Shown here piece by piece: positions 9,957 through 18,168 of a stretch of 64,000 bases of DNA. Both the position numbers and the translations under genes were made by a program. Numbering within the stretch: the stretch's first letter is position 1; the number at the start of each line of letters is the position of its first letter. The stretch lies in the IMG/VR virus record IMGVR_UViG_3300030104_003613; one strand, given 5' to 3'. The DNA comes from a virus. A model generated the notes under the pieces. That model worked only from the letters and a program-made list of their open reading frames with translations. It made no database searches and had not been told where the DNA came from.

Positions 9957-10125
9957 CTTTTTTCATCTGTTTACGGACCTTTTTAAGTTCTTTAAGTTCT
10001 TCTTTGATGCCCTGATAGGCTGCCTCGGCACTTATCTTACCACCCATCTCCATACAAGTATAGACTTCTACCCTTGTACCAAAATGTTGAAGTGCTCTTT
10101 CAAACGTATCTAGTTCTTCGTACAT
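9949..10125 (-). CDS. small hypothetical protein (58 aa)
   Basis: Manual translation MYEELDTFERALQHFGTRVEVYTCMEMGGKISAEAAYQGIKEELKELKKVRKQMKKDE. Confidence 0.7.
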   Translation of the reverse strand: MYEELDTFERALQHFGTRVEVYTCMEMGGKISAEAAYQGIKEELKELKKVRKQMKKDE

Positions 10126-10127
10126 AG

Positions 10128-10301
10128 TTAATCAGGATAACCGTCATCATCATCCCACAATTCAACAAAGTCTGTGAGGGGTGCTTGATATTTAGTTTCG
10201 TTTTTAGTGTACGCTTCTACATCAGAAAATACTTCTGACTCCAAAGCATCAACTAGCAAGCGTAAGTTCCTAACTAGGAGTTTTAGTTTTTCTCTTTCCA
10301 T
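10128..10301 (-). CDS. small hypothetical protein (57 aa)
   Basis: Manual translation MEREKLKLLVRNLRLLVDALESEVFSD...DDDDGYPD; AGGAGG ribosome binding site. Confidence 0.75.
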   Translation of the reverse strand: MEREKLKLLVRNLRLLVDALESEVFSDVEAYTKNETKYQAPLTDFVELWDDDDGYPD

Positions 10302-10322
10302 AGATAACGTTTACCTCCTGTA

Positions 10323-10351
10323 ATTATAGGTAAAAAAAAGGGACTCGTCAA
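10323..10351 (-). promoter_or_regulatory. sigma70-like promoter overlapping a terminator
   Basis: TTGACG-17 nt-TATAAT, with the -35 element at the terminator loop. Confidence 0.75.
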
Positions 10352-10360
10352 GAGTCCCTT
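10332..10360 (-). terminator. intrinsic terminator after DUF4278
   Basis: AAGGGACTC/GAGTCCCTT stem followed by a U-tract. Confidence 0.85.
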
Positions 10361-10380
10361 GATATAGTTTGTAGTCTAGA

Positions 10381-10548
10381 TCACTTTTTGTAAGTCTTAC
10401 CACGATAGCAAAATGTGCCATGGGTTTCCTTACTCTCTACACAACGAGTATCATACTCAACACCACGATAAGCGGTATGAGAGATTTGAGCGTTGTGAAG
10501 TGCAGATGCCTTTTCGATCTGCTTCTTGATTAGATTGAGTGTGTTCAT
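10381..10548 (-). CDS. DUF4278-family small protein (55 aa)
   Basis: MNTLNLIKKQIEKASALHNAQISHTAYRGVEYDTRCVESKETHGTFCYRGKTYKK; two YRG motifs; AGGAG ribosome binding site. Confidence 0.8.
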   Translation of the reverse strand: MNTLNLIKKQIEKASALHNAQISHTAYRGVEYDTRCVESKETHGTFCYRGKTYKK

Positions 10549-10583
10549 GAGTTTACTCCTGAAGTAGTTGGCGTTTTTAGTGC

Positions 10584-10816
10584 CGTTCCTTCAGTCGTTT
10601 GCGTCCCAATACCAATCACATTGTGGTGCTGATTCCTTTACGGTATCAATTAACTCTACCTTGACTTGATTATCAAGGTATTCGCTTGCCTCAATCTTCA
10701 ACATAATAGCATCAGATTGTTGACAGGTCAGTGAGGTATACAGAAGAAATTCTGCCATGGGATGAACGGCTCCGTTCCGCGACTTACTTGCGTCCCACCC
10801 TAGAGCGGGATGAACG
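10584..10816 (-). ncRNA. tandem glutamine riboswitch-like RNA (glnA / Downstream-peptide class)
   Basis: Two CGUUCAUCCC...GGGACGCAA...GGAACG units; E-loop-like AGUA/GAA; AGUCG/CGACU pairing; located 5' of DUF4278. Confidence 0.75.
10591..10758 (-). CDS. 55-aa ORF embedded in the second aptamer
   Basis: MAEFLLYTSLTCQQSDAIMLKIEASEYLDNQVKVELIDTVKESAPQCDWYWDAND; GGAG lies 11 nt upstream of the ATG. Confidence 0.65.
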   Translation of the reverse strand: MAEFLLYTSLTCQQSDAIMLKIEASEYLDNQVKVELIDTVKESAPQCDWYWDAND

Positions 10817-10824
10817 TATGGTCT

Positions 10825-10853
10825 ATTATAGACCTCATATATTATATAGTCAA
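10825..10853 (-). promoter_or_regulatory. sigma70-like promoter of the riboswitch transcript
   Basis: TTGACT-17 nt-TATAAT; predicted start site falls at the aptamer 5' end. Confidence 0.8.
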
Positions 10854-11035
10854 GCCCCTTCCGTATATGAAATAGTGATACGCTTGCTGACCTCACCCCT
10901 GCTGTTTACCACTGTGGTATACTGAACTTCCCCGTTTAGAAGTTTACATATATCATCTGCTAGTCTTCGCGAGATTACTTTGTTAGTCTCCTGCTGCCAT
11001 TTCTTTTCATTCTGTTCTCTGATATCTTCAGTCAT
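10850..11035 (-). CDS. hypothetical protein
   Basis: ORF in a tightly packed - strand run with an ATGA overlap. Confidence 0.6.
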   Translation of the reverse strand: MTEDIREQNEKKWQQETNKVISRRLADDICKLLNGEVQYTTVVNSRGEVSKRITISYTEGA

Positions 11036-11283
11036 TTTCGTCTATCGAAATGAGTTTTGTTTTTGTATTCTTCCCTTTCTTCACTGGTGTATATACCAAT
11101 CTTTTCCCACATTTCCGCCACCATATCTTTTTGAGGAGGCGTTTCTATGTGCGGAGCTTTTCGTGATTCCTCCTGCCACTTGTCAATTTGCTCTTGAGTT
11201 GGAACAGTAATTCTAAGCATAGTGCCGTCTTCCTCCAACTCTTTATTCATATCAATATATGTTTGGGGGGTGATTTTAATCAT
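11032..11283 (-). CDS. hypothetical protein
   Basis: ORF with an ATGA overlap. Confidence 0.65.
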   Translation of the reverse strand: MIKITPQTYIDMNKELEEDGTMLRITVPTQEQIDKWQEESRKAPHIETPPQKDMVAEMWEKIGIYTSEEREEYKNKTHFDRRK

Positions 11284-11450
11284 TTTTTAGATTCTCTTTC
11301 ATCAAGTGCTTCATTGATAATTTGTTTTAACTCAATACGTTCTTCTGGTGTAAAGATTGTACGGTGCTTTACTGGCATAGGAGCATAACTACTTGGTTTC
11401 TTTGATTTACCAGGAATACTCATGCCTTGTGTATCAATTTTGTCCTTCAT
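11280..11450 (-). CDS. hypothetical protein
   Basis: MKDKIDTQGMS...; start reassigned to follow the upstream stop. Confidence 0.65.
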   Translation of the reverse strand: MKDKIDTQGMSIPGKSKKPSSYAPMPVKHRTIFTPEERIELKQIINEALDERESKK

Positions 11451-11451
11451 A

Positions 11452-11766
11452 TCAATCTCTCTGCCTCCAATCGTCAGGTTTGTCAACGTGAAACCAATTA
11501 ACCATATCATCCGTATCCTGGAACCCTGTCTTGTGATTGGATGGATCAGGATCCCCAAGTCCCATCCTATTCATAAAATCATCCATGGACCCCTCCTGGA
11601 TATCTTGACTCGCCTGACGACGTGCCTTCTTTAACATCTCATTTGCTGTGGTATTGGCTTTAGCTAACTTCTGTGCCCATACCATATCATCTAATTTAAC
11701 ATCTTCATTGTTAGCGATACACTTACAGATGAATTCTAACCTGAGTCGATAATGGGTGGAAAGCAT
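11452..11766 (-). CDS. conserved cyanophage hypothetical protein
   Basis: MLSTHYRLRLEFIC...DWRQRD; AGGAG ribosome binding site. Confidence 0.75.
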   Translation of the reverse strand: MLSTHYRLRLEFICKCIANNEDVKLDDMVWAQKLAKANTTANEMLKKARRQASQDIQEGSMDDFMNRMGLGDPDPSNHKTGFQDTDDMVNWFHVDKPDDWRQRD

Positions 11767-11787
11767 ATGTCTCCTTCGATATTTTAT

Positions 11788-11952
11788 TTATTTTTGTTGA
11801 GATAATAACCAACAGGGTTTACACATAGAACCAACCCAAATGTGTAGTTCTTCGTTCCAACAACCAAGTGTAGGACACTTATTGGCCGGGGTCATCTGAC
11901 CACATACGCAACACTCTGTCTCCCACATTTTCCATACTTCATCCTTGTCCAT
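11788..11952 (-). CDS. small Cys-rich (possible zinc-binding) protein, 54 aa
   Basis: Manual translation MDKDEVWKMWETECCVCGQMTPANKCPTLGCWNEELHIWVGSMCKPCWLLSQQK; fills a gap in the gene run. Confidence 0.55.
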   Translation of the reverse strand: MDKDEVWKMWETECCVCGQMTPANKCPTLGCWNEELHIWVGSMCKPCWLLSQQK

Positions 11953-12148
11953 TGGATTTTGCTTCTTTTTTAGTTTTAAAGTAGAGTTTATAATACTTTG
12001 GTTTCATTTCCTCAATGACTTTCATATCATCATAGAAACCCATAAACTTGAGGTGTTGATAGGTTCCTTCCATCTCACTGATAAGCATCAGGATGTTGGT
12101 GGGAGTAACCTCCCTACCCCCAGGTTCGTAATCAGAGAGACTCTTCAC
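11939..12148 (-). CDS. hypothetical protein
   Basis: ORF in the - strand run. Confidence 0.65.
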   Translation of the reverse strand: MKSLSDYEPGGREVTPTNILMLISEMEGTYQHLKFMGFYDDMKVIEEMKPKYYKLYFKTKKEAKSNGQG

Positions 12149-12317
12149 TTCCCTCTTTTATCATCTTAGAGACTACATTCTCTGTTCCGTCCATAGTCTT
12201 GACAGCAAACAAACTAGACTTCTGATACTTCTTGATCTTCTTATACTTTTTAAGAAGAGTTTGAATTTGATCAGGTTCCATGTCTAGACCCTCAAAGTTA
12301 ATATCAAATCCTTTCAT
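12132..12317 (-). CDS. hypothetical protein
   Basis: MKGFDINFEG...; start reassigned. Confidence 0.65.
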   Translation of the reverse strand: MKGFDINFEGLDMEPDQIQTLLKKYKKIKKYQKSSLFAVKTMDGTENVVSKMIKEGSEESL

Positions 12318-12589
12318 TTCTTTTCCTTCTCCTTTTCCTTCTTTGCTCCTGGTGGATTCCAAAGTTTAGAACTGATGCGTCCTTCTGCCTGTGTGATGTT
12401 AATCAAATCTTTCTTGTACTTATCATAGTACATATCAAAGATGTCAACTTTCCTACCAGACAATACGATATCAAATTTACTCAAGTCTTCTACTTTGTAC
12501 TCAACCATGTAAGCACTAACAGGGAGTGACTTATCAAGCGATGCTGACGGGTCACAATCTTCCGAGATTACTTTTACAGTATTTGCCAT
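12314..12589 (-). CDS. conserved hypothetical protein
   Basis: MANTVKVISEDCDP...; start overlaps the upstream stop (TAATG). Confidence 0.7.
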   Translation of the reverse strand: MANTVKVISEDCDPSASLDKSLPVSAYMVEYKVEDLSKFDIVLSGRKVDIFDMYYDKYKKDLINITQAEGRISSKLWNPPGAKKEKEKEKK

Positions 12590-13041
12590 TAAGAGCGTCC
12601 TCCCCATTCAATATCTTCATACGCAGATTCTACCACAGGTTTGGTGAGTTTGAACTTCTTACCCAGTTCCTTATCCTTCACAAGGCAAAGGATGTCTGCT
12701 TCATCAGGATGAAGACCCTCTAGCATTTGAATAAACATGCTTTCTCTACGAGTCTTTGAAAGAGAATCATTACCACCTTTCACAAAGTGATAGAGATTCC
12801 TCCACTCCTTACGCAGAGAGGTATGGTCGGTGCCAAGAGGTGCTTCACTCTTGTTATATGGAACCACACCATCTGGAAGCAAAGAGATAACAGTGTCATC
12901 AAAGTTCCAGATGAGAATTGCGGTGAGAGCATCATTACGATGCTCTTTTAATAGTTCAACCTTCTTATCTCTGCTTCTTGCCTTGCTGACTTCAGCAAGG
13001 ATTTCATGCATAAAAGGATTAGGTGGAAGTTTTGTAGACAT
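12589..13041 (-). CDS. conserved T4-like phage hypothetical protein
   Basis: LPDGVVPY...RRESMFIQMLEGLHPDEA motif. Confidence 0.75.
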   Translation of the reverse strand: MSTKLPPNPFMHEILAEVSKARSRDKKVELLKEHRNDALTAILIWNFDDTVISLLPDGVVPYNKSEAPLGTDHTSLRKEWRNLYHFVKGGNDSLSKTRRESMFIQMLEGLHPDEADILCLVKDKELGKKFKLTKPVVESAYEDIEWGGRS

Positions 13042-13064
13042 GATTTCAATTCAGGTTTGGTTAT

Positions 13065-13286
13065 TTATTCTTCAGATTGGAAGTCGTCAAGTGTATTTTC
13101 AAATCTCACTGCCAGAATATCATCTGGGATAATCTGACCATTCTCATCAAACATTTCCGGGTGTGTTGGAATGTATGTTGAGTTTCTTTCAATTACATAT
13201 TCTTTTAGTAGGTATCCGACGACTCCACCTACTATCAAGAACATAAACGAAATAACTGTAGACAGTGTAAGGGTAACTGCTAACAT
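13065..13286 (-). CDS. small membrane protein
   Basis: N-terminal hydrophobic helix; HPEMFDENG motif; AGGAG ribosome binding site. Confidence 0.7.
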   Translation of the reverse strand: MLAVTLTLSTVISFMFLIVGGVVGYLLKEYVIERNSTYIPTHPEMFDENGQIIPDDILAVRFENTLDDFQSEE

Positions 13287-13299
13287 GATTCTCCTCCCA

Positions 13300-13542
13300 T
13301 CAGTGAGACTCTTTCTTTTTAAAATCTAAACTGAAGTCTAGATTGATGTTGATCTCTCTACGGAAGAGGGAGAACATCTTACCAAACTTCATTTGAAAAG
13401 TTTTAGGTGGTTCTGTCCTCCTTTTATTTCTGAGTAACAACTCAACCCCTCTGTTAATTTGAGAGGGTGAATCATCAGTGATTTTATTTAGAGGACTTCC
13501 TCCTCCTTCCAGGTTTCTTTTCTTGTTCATAACGCCAAGCAT
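13300..13542 (-). CDS. hypothetical protein (start uncertain)
   Basis: INRGVELLLR-containing ORF in the gene run. Confidence 0.55.
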   Translation of the reverse strand: MLGVMNKKRNLEGGGSPLNKITDDSPSQINRGVELLLRNKRRTEPPKTFQMKFGKMFSLFRREININLDFSLDFKKKESH

Positions 13543-13843
13543 CTTGAAGGATGCTTTCTAGGTAGTTTTTGATCTTTCGTGCTTCTGGTTTTCCCAGATA
13601 ACCATAGGCTTCTCTTAACTGTTTGTGTTGATCATCGGAACCACCTTCAAGGTAATCCTCTAGATCATAGATTGTAAGTGTAATATTCTGAGCGGTAGGA
13701 CCTTCTAGAAACTCCTGAACATCCCGTCTCGTCATGTTTTCATTTTTAAGATAAGCATACATGTCGAGCATAAATTTATGATTATCTGCGAATGCATAAT
13801 CAATTGCGTGTTCCACGATATCTACGAAGTTTATGTTGTCCAT
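13484..13843 (-). CDS. conserved hypothetical protein
   Basis: LREAYGYLGKPEARKIKNYL motif. Confidence 0.75.
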   Translation of the reverse strand: MDNINFVDIVEHAIDYAFADNHKFMLDMYAYLKNENMTRRDVQEFLEGPTAQNITLTIYDLEDYLEGGSDDQHKQLREAYGYLGKPEARKIKNYLESILQDAWRYEQEKKPGRRRKSSK

Positions 13844-14089
13844 TTACACTAGATTATTTTCTTTGAGATAGATGACAGTTTCCTTACATCCTCCTAAAGA
13901 TTTATCATTACAGAGAACTTGAGGGAAAGTTGTACCCTTTCCAAACTCATCATAGAATTCCCCTCTTGTAAAGTCTTTACCAAGTTTATACTCCACGAAT
14001 GACAGTTCTGCCAATTGTAGCGCACCGATTACCTTTGTACAATAGGGGCAACCAGTTTTAGAATAAACGGTGAAGATATTCTTTCTCAT
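13844..14089 (-). CDS. nrdC: glutaredoxin
   Basis: CPYC active site, TFPQV and GG motifs. Confidence 0.9.
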   Translation of the reverse strand: MRKNIFTVYSKTGCPYCTKVIGALQLAELSFVEYKLGKDFTRGEFYDEFGKGTTFPQVLCNDKSLGGCKETVIYLKENNLV

Positions 14090-14244
14090 GATTGTGTGTT
14101 AGATTTGTGTTTATGTTTGTAGGCACAGGCACGTCTTGCCCAAGACCTTGAAAGACTATTTACATAACTACAAGCTTCATTAATTTTACCACAGTAAGGA
14201 CATGCTGACCCAGCTGGGTCAGGTGGATTTCTGATCTTCGACAT
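14086..14244 (-). CDS. small Cys-containing hypothetical protein (52 aa)
   Basis: Manual translation MSKIRNPPDPAGSACPYCGKINEACSYVNSLSRSWARRACAYKHKHKSNTQS; ATGA overlap with nrdC. Confidence 0.55.
   Translation of the reverse strand: MSKIRNPPDPAGSACPYCGKINEACSYVNSLSRSWARRACAYKHKHKSNTQS
14205..14222. repeat. perfect 18-bp palindrome CTGACCCAGCTGGGTCAG
   Basis: Sequence equals its own reverse complement. Confidence 0.9.
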
Positions 14245-14485
14245 GGTGTGCCTTTAAATCTGGATTGGGTTGTGAGGGTTCAAAAGGTGTGCGATCAAGG
14301 TTCTTGATGACAATAAAAGCATCCTTATTGTACTTACGAACACCAAAAGGTGTTGCCCATTTCTCGTTATAGTTTTCACCCTGGTGAATGCCACTGACAG
14401 TGGTGCCACCAATCTCTACAACAATGTTGTCATTAGGATCCCATCCTAGGGTGTCCATGGTCTTTGCGATTTCAGAAGCAAGCAT
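14219..14485 (-). CDS. conserved hypothetical protein
   Basis: ORF downstream of the DUF2973-like gene. Confidence 0.7.
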   Translation of the reverse strand: MLASEIAKTMDTLGWDPNDNIVVEIGGTTVSGIHQGENYNEKWATPFGVRKYNKDAFIVIKNLDRTPFEPSQPNPDLKAHHVEDQKST

Positions 14486-14509
14486 AAAAAAGGAGGGTTA
14501 GACCCTCCT
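14486..14509 (-). terminator. intrinsic terminator
   Basis: AGGAGGGT/ACCCTCCT stem followed by a U-tract. Confidence 0.75.
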
Positions 14510-14515
14510 AGTATA

Positions 14516-14734
14516 TCAATCTTTATCTTGCTTGTAAAGGTCTTCTAGACGTTCCCTTGATAGGTCAACGTACATAACCTCTTCACCTGCTGCGGGTGCC
14601 TCTGGATGACGTTTGGACTTGATCGGATCATTCATTGTAGTGATTGATCTGATGTTAGCCCACATCATGGCAAAGGCAGCACCACCAATTAAAGCAAAGC
14701 ATACACCATATACAAACAAAAGGTAATGATTCAC
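14516..14734 (-). CDS. DUF2973-like small membrane protein
   Basis: N-terminal TM helix, AFAMMWANI and RHPE motifs. Confidence 0.65.
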   Translation of the reverse strand: MNHYLLFVYGVCFALIGGAAFAMMWANIRSITTMNDPIKSKRHPEAPAAGEEVMYVDLSRERLEDLYKQDKD

Positions 14735-15792
14735 AGTGCGTTACCGCGTGGTAAAACTTCTTCTGGGAATACAAAGTCCTCATGAGGTTGGTCAGCAGGT
14801 GCCATCCAGGCACGAAGACCTTCATTCAGAAGGATGTTCTTGGTATAGAACGTTTCAAATTCAGGATCTTCTGCTGCTCTAATCTCCTGACTTACGAAAT
14901 CATAAGCGCGAAGATTAAGAGCGAGACCAATAATCCCAATGCTAGAGACCCAAAGACCCATGACAGGAACAAACAGCATAAAGAAATGAAGCCAACGTTT
15001 GTTTGAAAAAGCAACACCAAAAATCTGTGACCAGAAACGATTGGCGGTGACCATCGAATAAGTTTCTTCCTCTTGCGTAGAGTCAAAAGCTTGGAATGTA
15101 TTTGCTTGCTCACCATCTTCGTAAAGCGTGTTCTCAACAGTAACTCCATGAATAGCAGAAAGTAATGCTCCACCAAGGATACCGGCAACACCCATCATGT
15201 GGAAGGGGTTGAGTGTCCAGTTATGGAATCCTTGTAGGAAGAGGAGGAACCTGAAAATAGCGGCAACCCCAAACGATGGCGCGAAGAACCAGGACGACTG
15301 TCCCAAAGGATATAAGAGAAATACGCTGACAAAGACAGCAATAGGACCAGAAAAAGCAATAGCATTGTAGGGTCTAATTCCAATGAGACGTGCCAGTTCA
15401 AACTGACGGAGCATAAATCCAATCAGAGCAAATGCACCGTGGAGAGCAACAAAGGCCCAAAGCCCTCCAAGTTGACACCACCTGACGAAATCGCCTTGAG
15501 CTTCAGGACCCCAAAGTAGAAGAAGAGAATGACCCATAGCATCAGCAGGCGTCGAGACAGCTGCTGTGAGAAAGTTAGCACCCTCAAGATAGGAACTAGC
15601 GAGTCCGTGGGTGTACCAAGACGTAACAAAAGTCGTCCCAGTAAGCCAGCCACCAATGGCCAAATAAGCAGTGGGAAAAAGTAATAGTCCAGACCAGCCC
15701 ACAAAGACAAAGCGATCCCGTTTAAGCCAGTCATCAAGGACATCGAACCAACTCCCATTAGTGCGTGGTGGTGATAGTGAAGTCGTCGTCAC
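14731..15792 (-). CDS. psbD: photosystem II D2 protein
   Basis: [21 protein letters not shown]...[10 protein letters not shown]. Confidence 0.99.
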   Translation of the reverse strand: MTTTSLSPPRTNGSWFDVLDDWLKRDRFVFVGWSGLLLFPTAYLAIGGWLTGTTFVTSWYTHGLASSYLEGANFLTAAVSTPADAMGHSLLLLWGPEAQGDFVRWCQLGGLWAFVALHGAFALIGFMLRQFELARLIGIRPYNAIAFSGPIAVFVSVFLLYPLGQSSWFFAPSFGVAAIFRFLLFLQGFHNWTLNPFHMMGVAGILGGALLSAIHGVTVENTLYEDGEQANTFQAFDSTQEEETYSMVTANRFWSQIFGVAFSNKRWLHFFMLFVPVMGLWVSSIGIIGLALNLRAYDFVSQEIRAAEDPEFETFYTKNILLNEGLRAWMAPADQPHEDFVFPEEVLPRGNAL

Positions 15793-15865
15793 GACATGTG
15801 CCTCCTTAATAGTTCTTAATATTTATTCTAATACGAAACCACGAAAATAAGAAGAGTATTTATAC

Positions 15866-16081
15866 TCAAAATCCTTTTGGTTTCGATTTGATATCTAGGA
15901 CTTCAACTGTGTCTAGAAACATATTAGCAGTCTGAAACCATGTCGCATGAAGTTTTTCATAGTCATCAAAGTCAACACTCCTACCGTCAGTCAAGTGAAG
16001 ACGATAGGAGTGTCTGTCGTAAGGTTTGTCACAGGTTACTTTGAAGAACCTCGGATCTGATTCATCAATCAGTTGTGTCAT
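15866..16081 (-). CDS. hypothetical protein
   Basis: KPYDRHSY...KGF ORF coupled to talC. Confidence 0.7.
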   Translation of the reverse strand: MTQLIDESDPRFFKVTCDKPYDRHSYRLHLTDGRSVDFDDYEKLHATWFQTANMFLDTVEVLDIKSKPKGF

Positions 16082-16764
16082 CGATTTTCTTGAGATTTAT
16101 ACATTTTAATGGGTTCTTCATAATGTCTAATTCTTTTAGCATCATTATTAAAGATATCCATTCCTACATCTGTGAGAATATGGTCATACATCTGATCAAA
16201 TACTTTGGGTGGCATCGTGACCAGTTGAGCACCATTATACCATGACCTGATAGCACGTTGAACACTACGAATAGAAGCAGACAACACCTGTGTCCTGACT
16301 CCATGGATACGATACAGGTCAGAGATGGCTCGTACAACCTCCAGACCTGCTACTTGCTGGTCATCCAAGCGCCCTACAAAGGGTGAAACATATGTTGCTC
16401 CCGCCTTTGCTGCTAGGACCGCTTGTGGGGCAGAGAAGATGAGTGTGACATTAACTCTGATACCTTGCTCGGACAGTCGCTTACAGACGATCAGACCCTC
16501 GCGTGTACAAGGAACTTTAACAGTACATACATTGCCAAACTTCTCGTAAAGTCGAACACCTTCGTCATACATTTCCAAGTCAGATCCCATGACTTCCATG
16601 CTGATGTCAGGGACACCAATATCTTTGATCTCTTGGTAGACCACTTCAGGATCTCTACCACTTTTCATGATCAGTGAGGGATTAGTTGTGACACCATCAA
16701 CCAACCCAGTTGAAAAATACTTACTAATAACTTCGGTGTCAGCCGTATCCAGAAAGATTTGCAT
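16078..16764 (-). CDS. talC: transaldolase (TalC/MipB type)
   Basis: IFLDTAD, GVTTNPSL, VKVP and YVSPFVGR motifs. Confidence 0.95.
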   Translation of the reverse strand: MQIFLDTADTEVISKYFSTGLVDGVTTNPSLIMKSGRDPEVVYQEIKDIGVPDISMEVMGSDLEMYDEGVRLYEKFGNVCTVKVPCTREGLIVCKRLSEQGIRVNVTLIFSAPQAVLAAKAGATYVSPFVGRLDDQQVAGLEVVRAISDLYRIHGVRTQVLSASIRSVQRAIRSWYNGAQLVTMPPKVFDQMYDHILTDVGMDIFNNDAKRIRHYEEPIKMYKSQENR

Positions 16765-16765
16765 T

Positions 16766-16789
16766 AAAAAAGAGGGGTTAGACCCCTCT
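16766..16789 (-). terminator. psbA terminator
   Basis: AGAGGGG/CCCCTCT stem followed by a U-tract. Confidence 0.8.
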
Positions 16790-16818
16790 AGTTTACAGGT
16801 TATTCAGTTGTGTGTCAA
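16790..16818 (-). promoter_or_regulatory. sigma70-like promoter for talC
   Basis: TTGACA (overlapping the psbA stop)-17 nt-TAAACT. Confidence 0.65.
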
Positions 16819-17894
16819 CCGACAGCAGGAGCGGTCAGTGCGACAGGAGTTGACTCGGCAGCTGCCAGGTCAAGCGGGAAGTTGTGGGCGTTACGCTCAT
16901 GCATAACTTCCATACCCAGGTTTGCTCTGTTAAGAACGTCTGCCCAGGTGTTCAACACACGACCCTGACCATCAAGGATGGACTGGTTGAAGTTGAAGCC
17001 ATTCAGGTTGAAGGCCATGGTGCTAACACCAAGAGCAGTGAACCAGATGCCAACAACGGGCCATGCTGCCAGGAAGAAGTGAAGACTTCTGCTGTTGTTG
17101 AATGAAGCGTATTGGAAGATCAGACGACCAAAGTAACCGTGAGCGGCGACGATGTTGTAAGTCTCTTCCTCTTGTCCGAACTTGTAACCATAGTTCAGTG
17201 AATCGTTCTCGGTTGTTTCACGAACCAAGGAGGATGTCACCAGTGAACCGTGCATCGCGGAGAACAGTGAACCACCGAAGACACCTGCGACTCCCAGCAT
17301 GTGGAAGGGGTGCATCAGGATGTTGTGCTCTGCCTGGAAAACAAGCATGAAGTTGAACGTGCCGGAGATGCCAAGGGGCATACCGTCAGAGAACGAACCT
17401 TGACCGAAAGGATAGACCAGGAAAACTGCGGAAGCAGCAGCGACAGGTGCGCTGTAAGCAACACAGATCCAAGGGCGCATACCCAGTCTGTAAGACAGTT
17501 CCCACTCACGACCCATGTAGCAGAAGATGCCGATCAGGAAGTGGAAAACTACGAGTTGATAAGGTCCACCATTGTACAGCCACTCATCGAGTGAGGCGGC
17601 TTCCCAGATGGGATAGAAGTGAAGACCAATTGCGTTGGAAGAGGGGACAACAGCACCAGAAATGATGTTGTTACCATACATGAGTGAACCAGCGACTGGT
17701 TCGCGAATTCCGTCGATGTCCACAGGGGGAGCAGCGACAAACGCAGTAATGAAGCATACGGTTGCTGCCAACAGAGTTGGAATCATCAGCACACCGAACC
17801 AACCGACATAGAGGCGGTTATTGGTAGACGTTACCCACTGGCAAAACTGTTCCCAGGTGGATGTTGTTTGTTGTCTTGAAAGTGTTGTAGCCAT
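16815..17894 (-). CDS. psbA: photosystem II D1 protein (Glu130 form, no intron)
   Basis: [14 protein letters not shown]...[16 protein letters not shown]...HNFPLDLA. Confidence 0.99.
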   Translation of the reverse strand: MATTLSRQQTTSTWEQFCQWVTSTNNRLYVGWFGVLMIPTLLAATVCFITAFVAAPPVDIDGIREPVAGSLMYGNNIISGAVVPSSNAIGLHFYPIWEAASLDEWLYNGGPYQLVVFHFLIGIFCYMGREWELSYRLGMRPWICVAYSAPVAAASAVFLVYPFGQGSFSDGMPLGISGTFNFMLVFQAEHNILMHPFHMLGVAGVFGGSLFSAMHGSLVTSSLVRETTENDSLNYGYKFGQEEETYNIVAAHGYFGRLIFQYASFNNSRSLHFFLAAWPVVGIWFTALGVSTMAFNLNGFNFNQSILDGQGRVLNTWADVLNRANLGMEVMHERNAHNFPLDLAAAESTPVALTAPAVG

Positions 17895-17896
17895 TG

Positions 17897-18005
17897 TTTT
17901 GAAAAGGGTTATGTACGAGTACGGGGTAGTACTAGGTAAAATATTCCAACTCTACCCTCCAGAGTTGGTATGAAGGACTATTGTTTAGACACGCTGTTTA
18001 GTCCT
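17897..18005 (-). ncRNA. structured psbA 5' UTR, PhotoRC-II-like motif
   Basis: CCAACUCU/AGAGUUGG hairpin whose GAGGGU loop can pair with ACCCU near the start codon; AGUAC/GUACU hairpin; position matches that known for the cyanophage PhotoRC-II motif. Confidence 0.65.
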
Positions 18006-18049
18006 GGTGAGGCGTGTGGGATGGTGAGGAAATCCTCACCCCGTCCATG

Positions 18050-18083
18050 TATTTATATTAAGGCATAACTCATCATCTGTCAA
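18050..18083 (-). promoter_or_regulatory. psbA promoter: sigma70-like plus overlapping late promoter
   Basis: TTGACA-17 nt-TAATAT overlapping TATAAATA. Confidence 0.7.
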
Positions 18084-18112
18084 CACCCCCTGTGCCAGAA
18101 GGGCAACTGGGC

Positions 18113-18141
18113 TTGACAGGTAGTTTAATTGTCTATAGACT
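18113..18141 (+). promoter_or_regulatory. divergent sigma70-like promoter
   Basis: TTGACA-17 nt-TAGACT. Confidence 0.55.
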
Positions 18142-18168
18142 AAGTTTGTTGCTTTTGATGGATATCTT

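Noticed and set aside
10759-10896. Longer 101-aa version of the nested ORF
   Set aside because: It would start upstream of the promoter and run through aptamer 1; ATG 10758 has the ribosome binding site
14782-17740. Many alternative-frame and antisense ORFs over psbA, psbD and talC
   Set aside because: Shadow ORFs of conserved genes with no recognisable motifs
16815-17894. Group I intron or homing endonuclease in psbA
   Set aside because: The reading frame is continuous and of normal length
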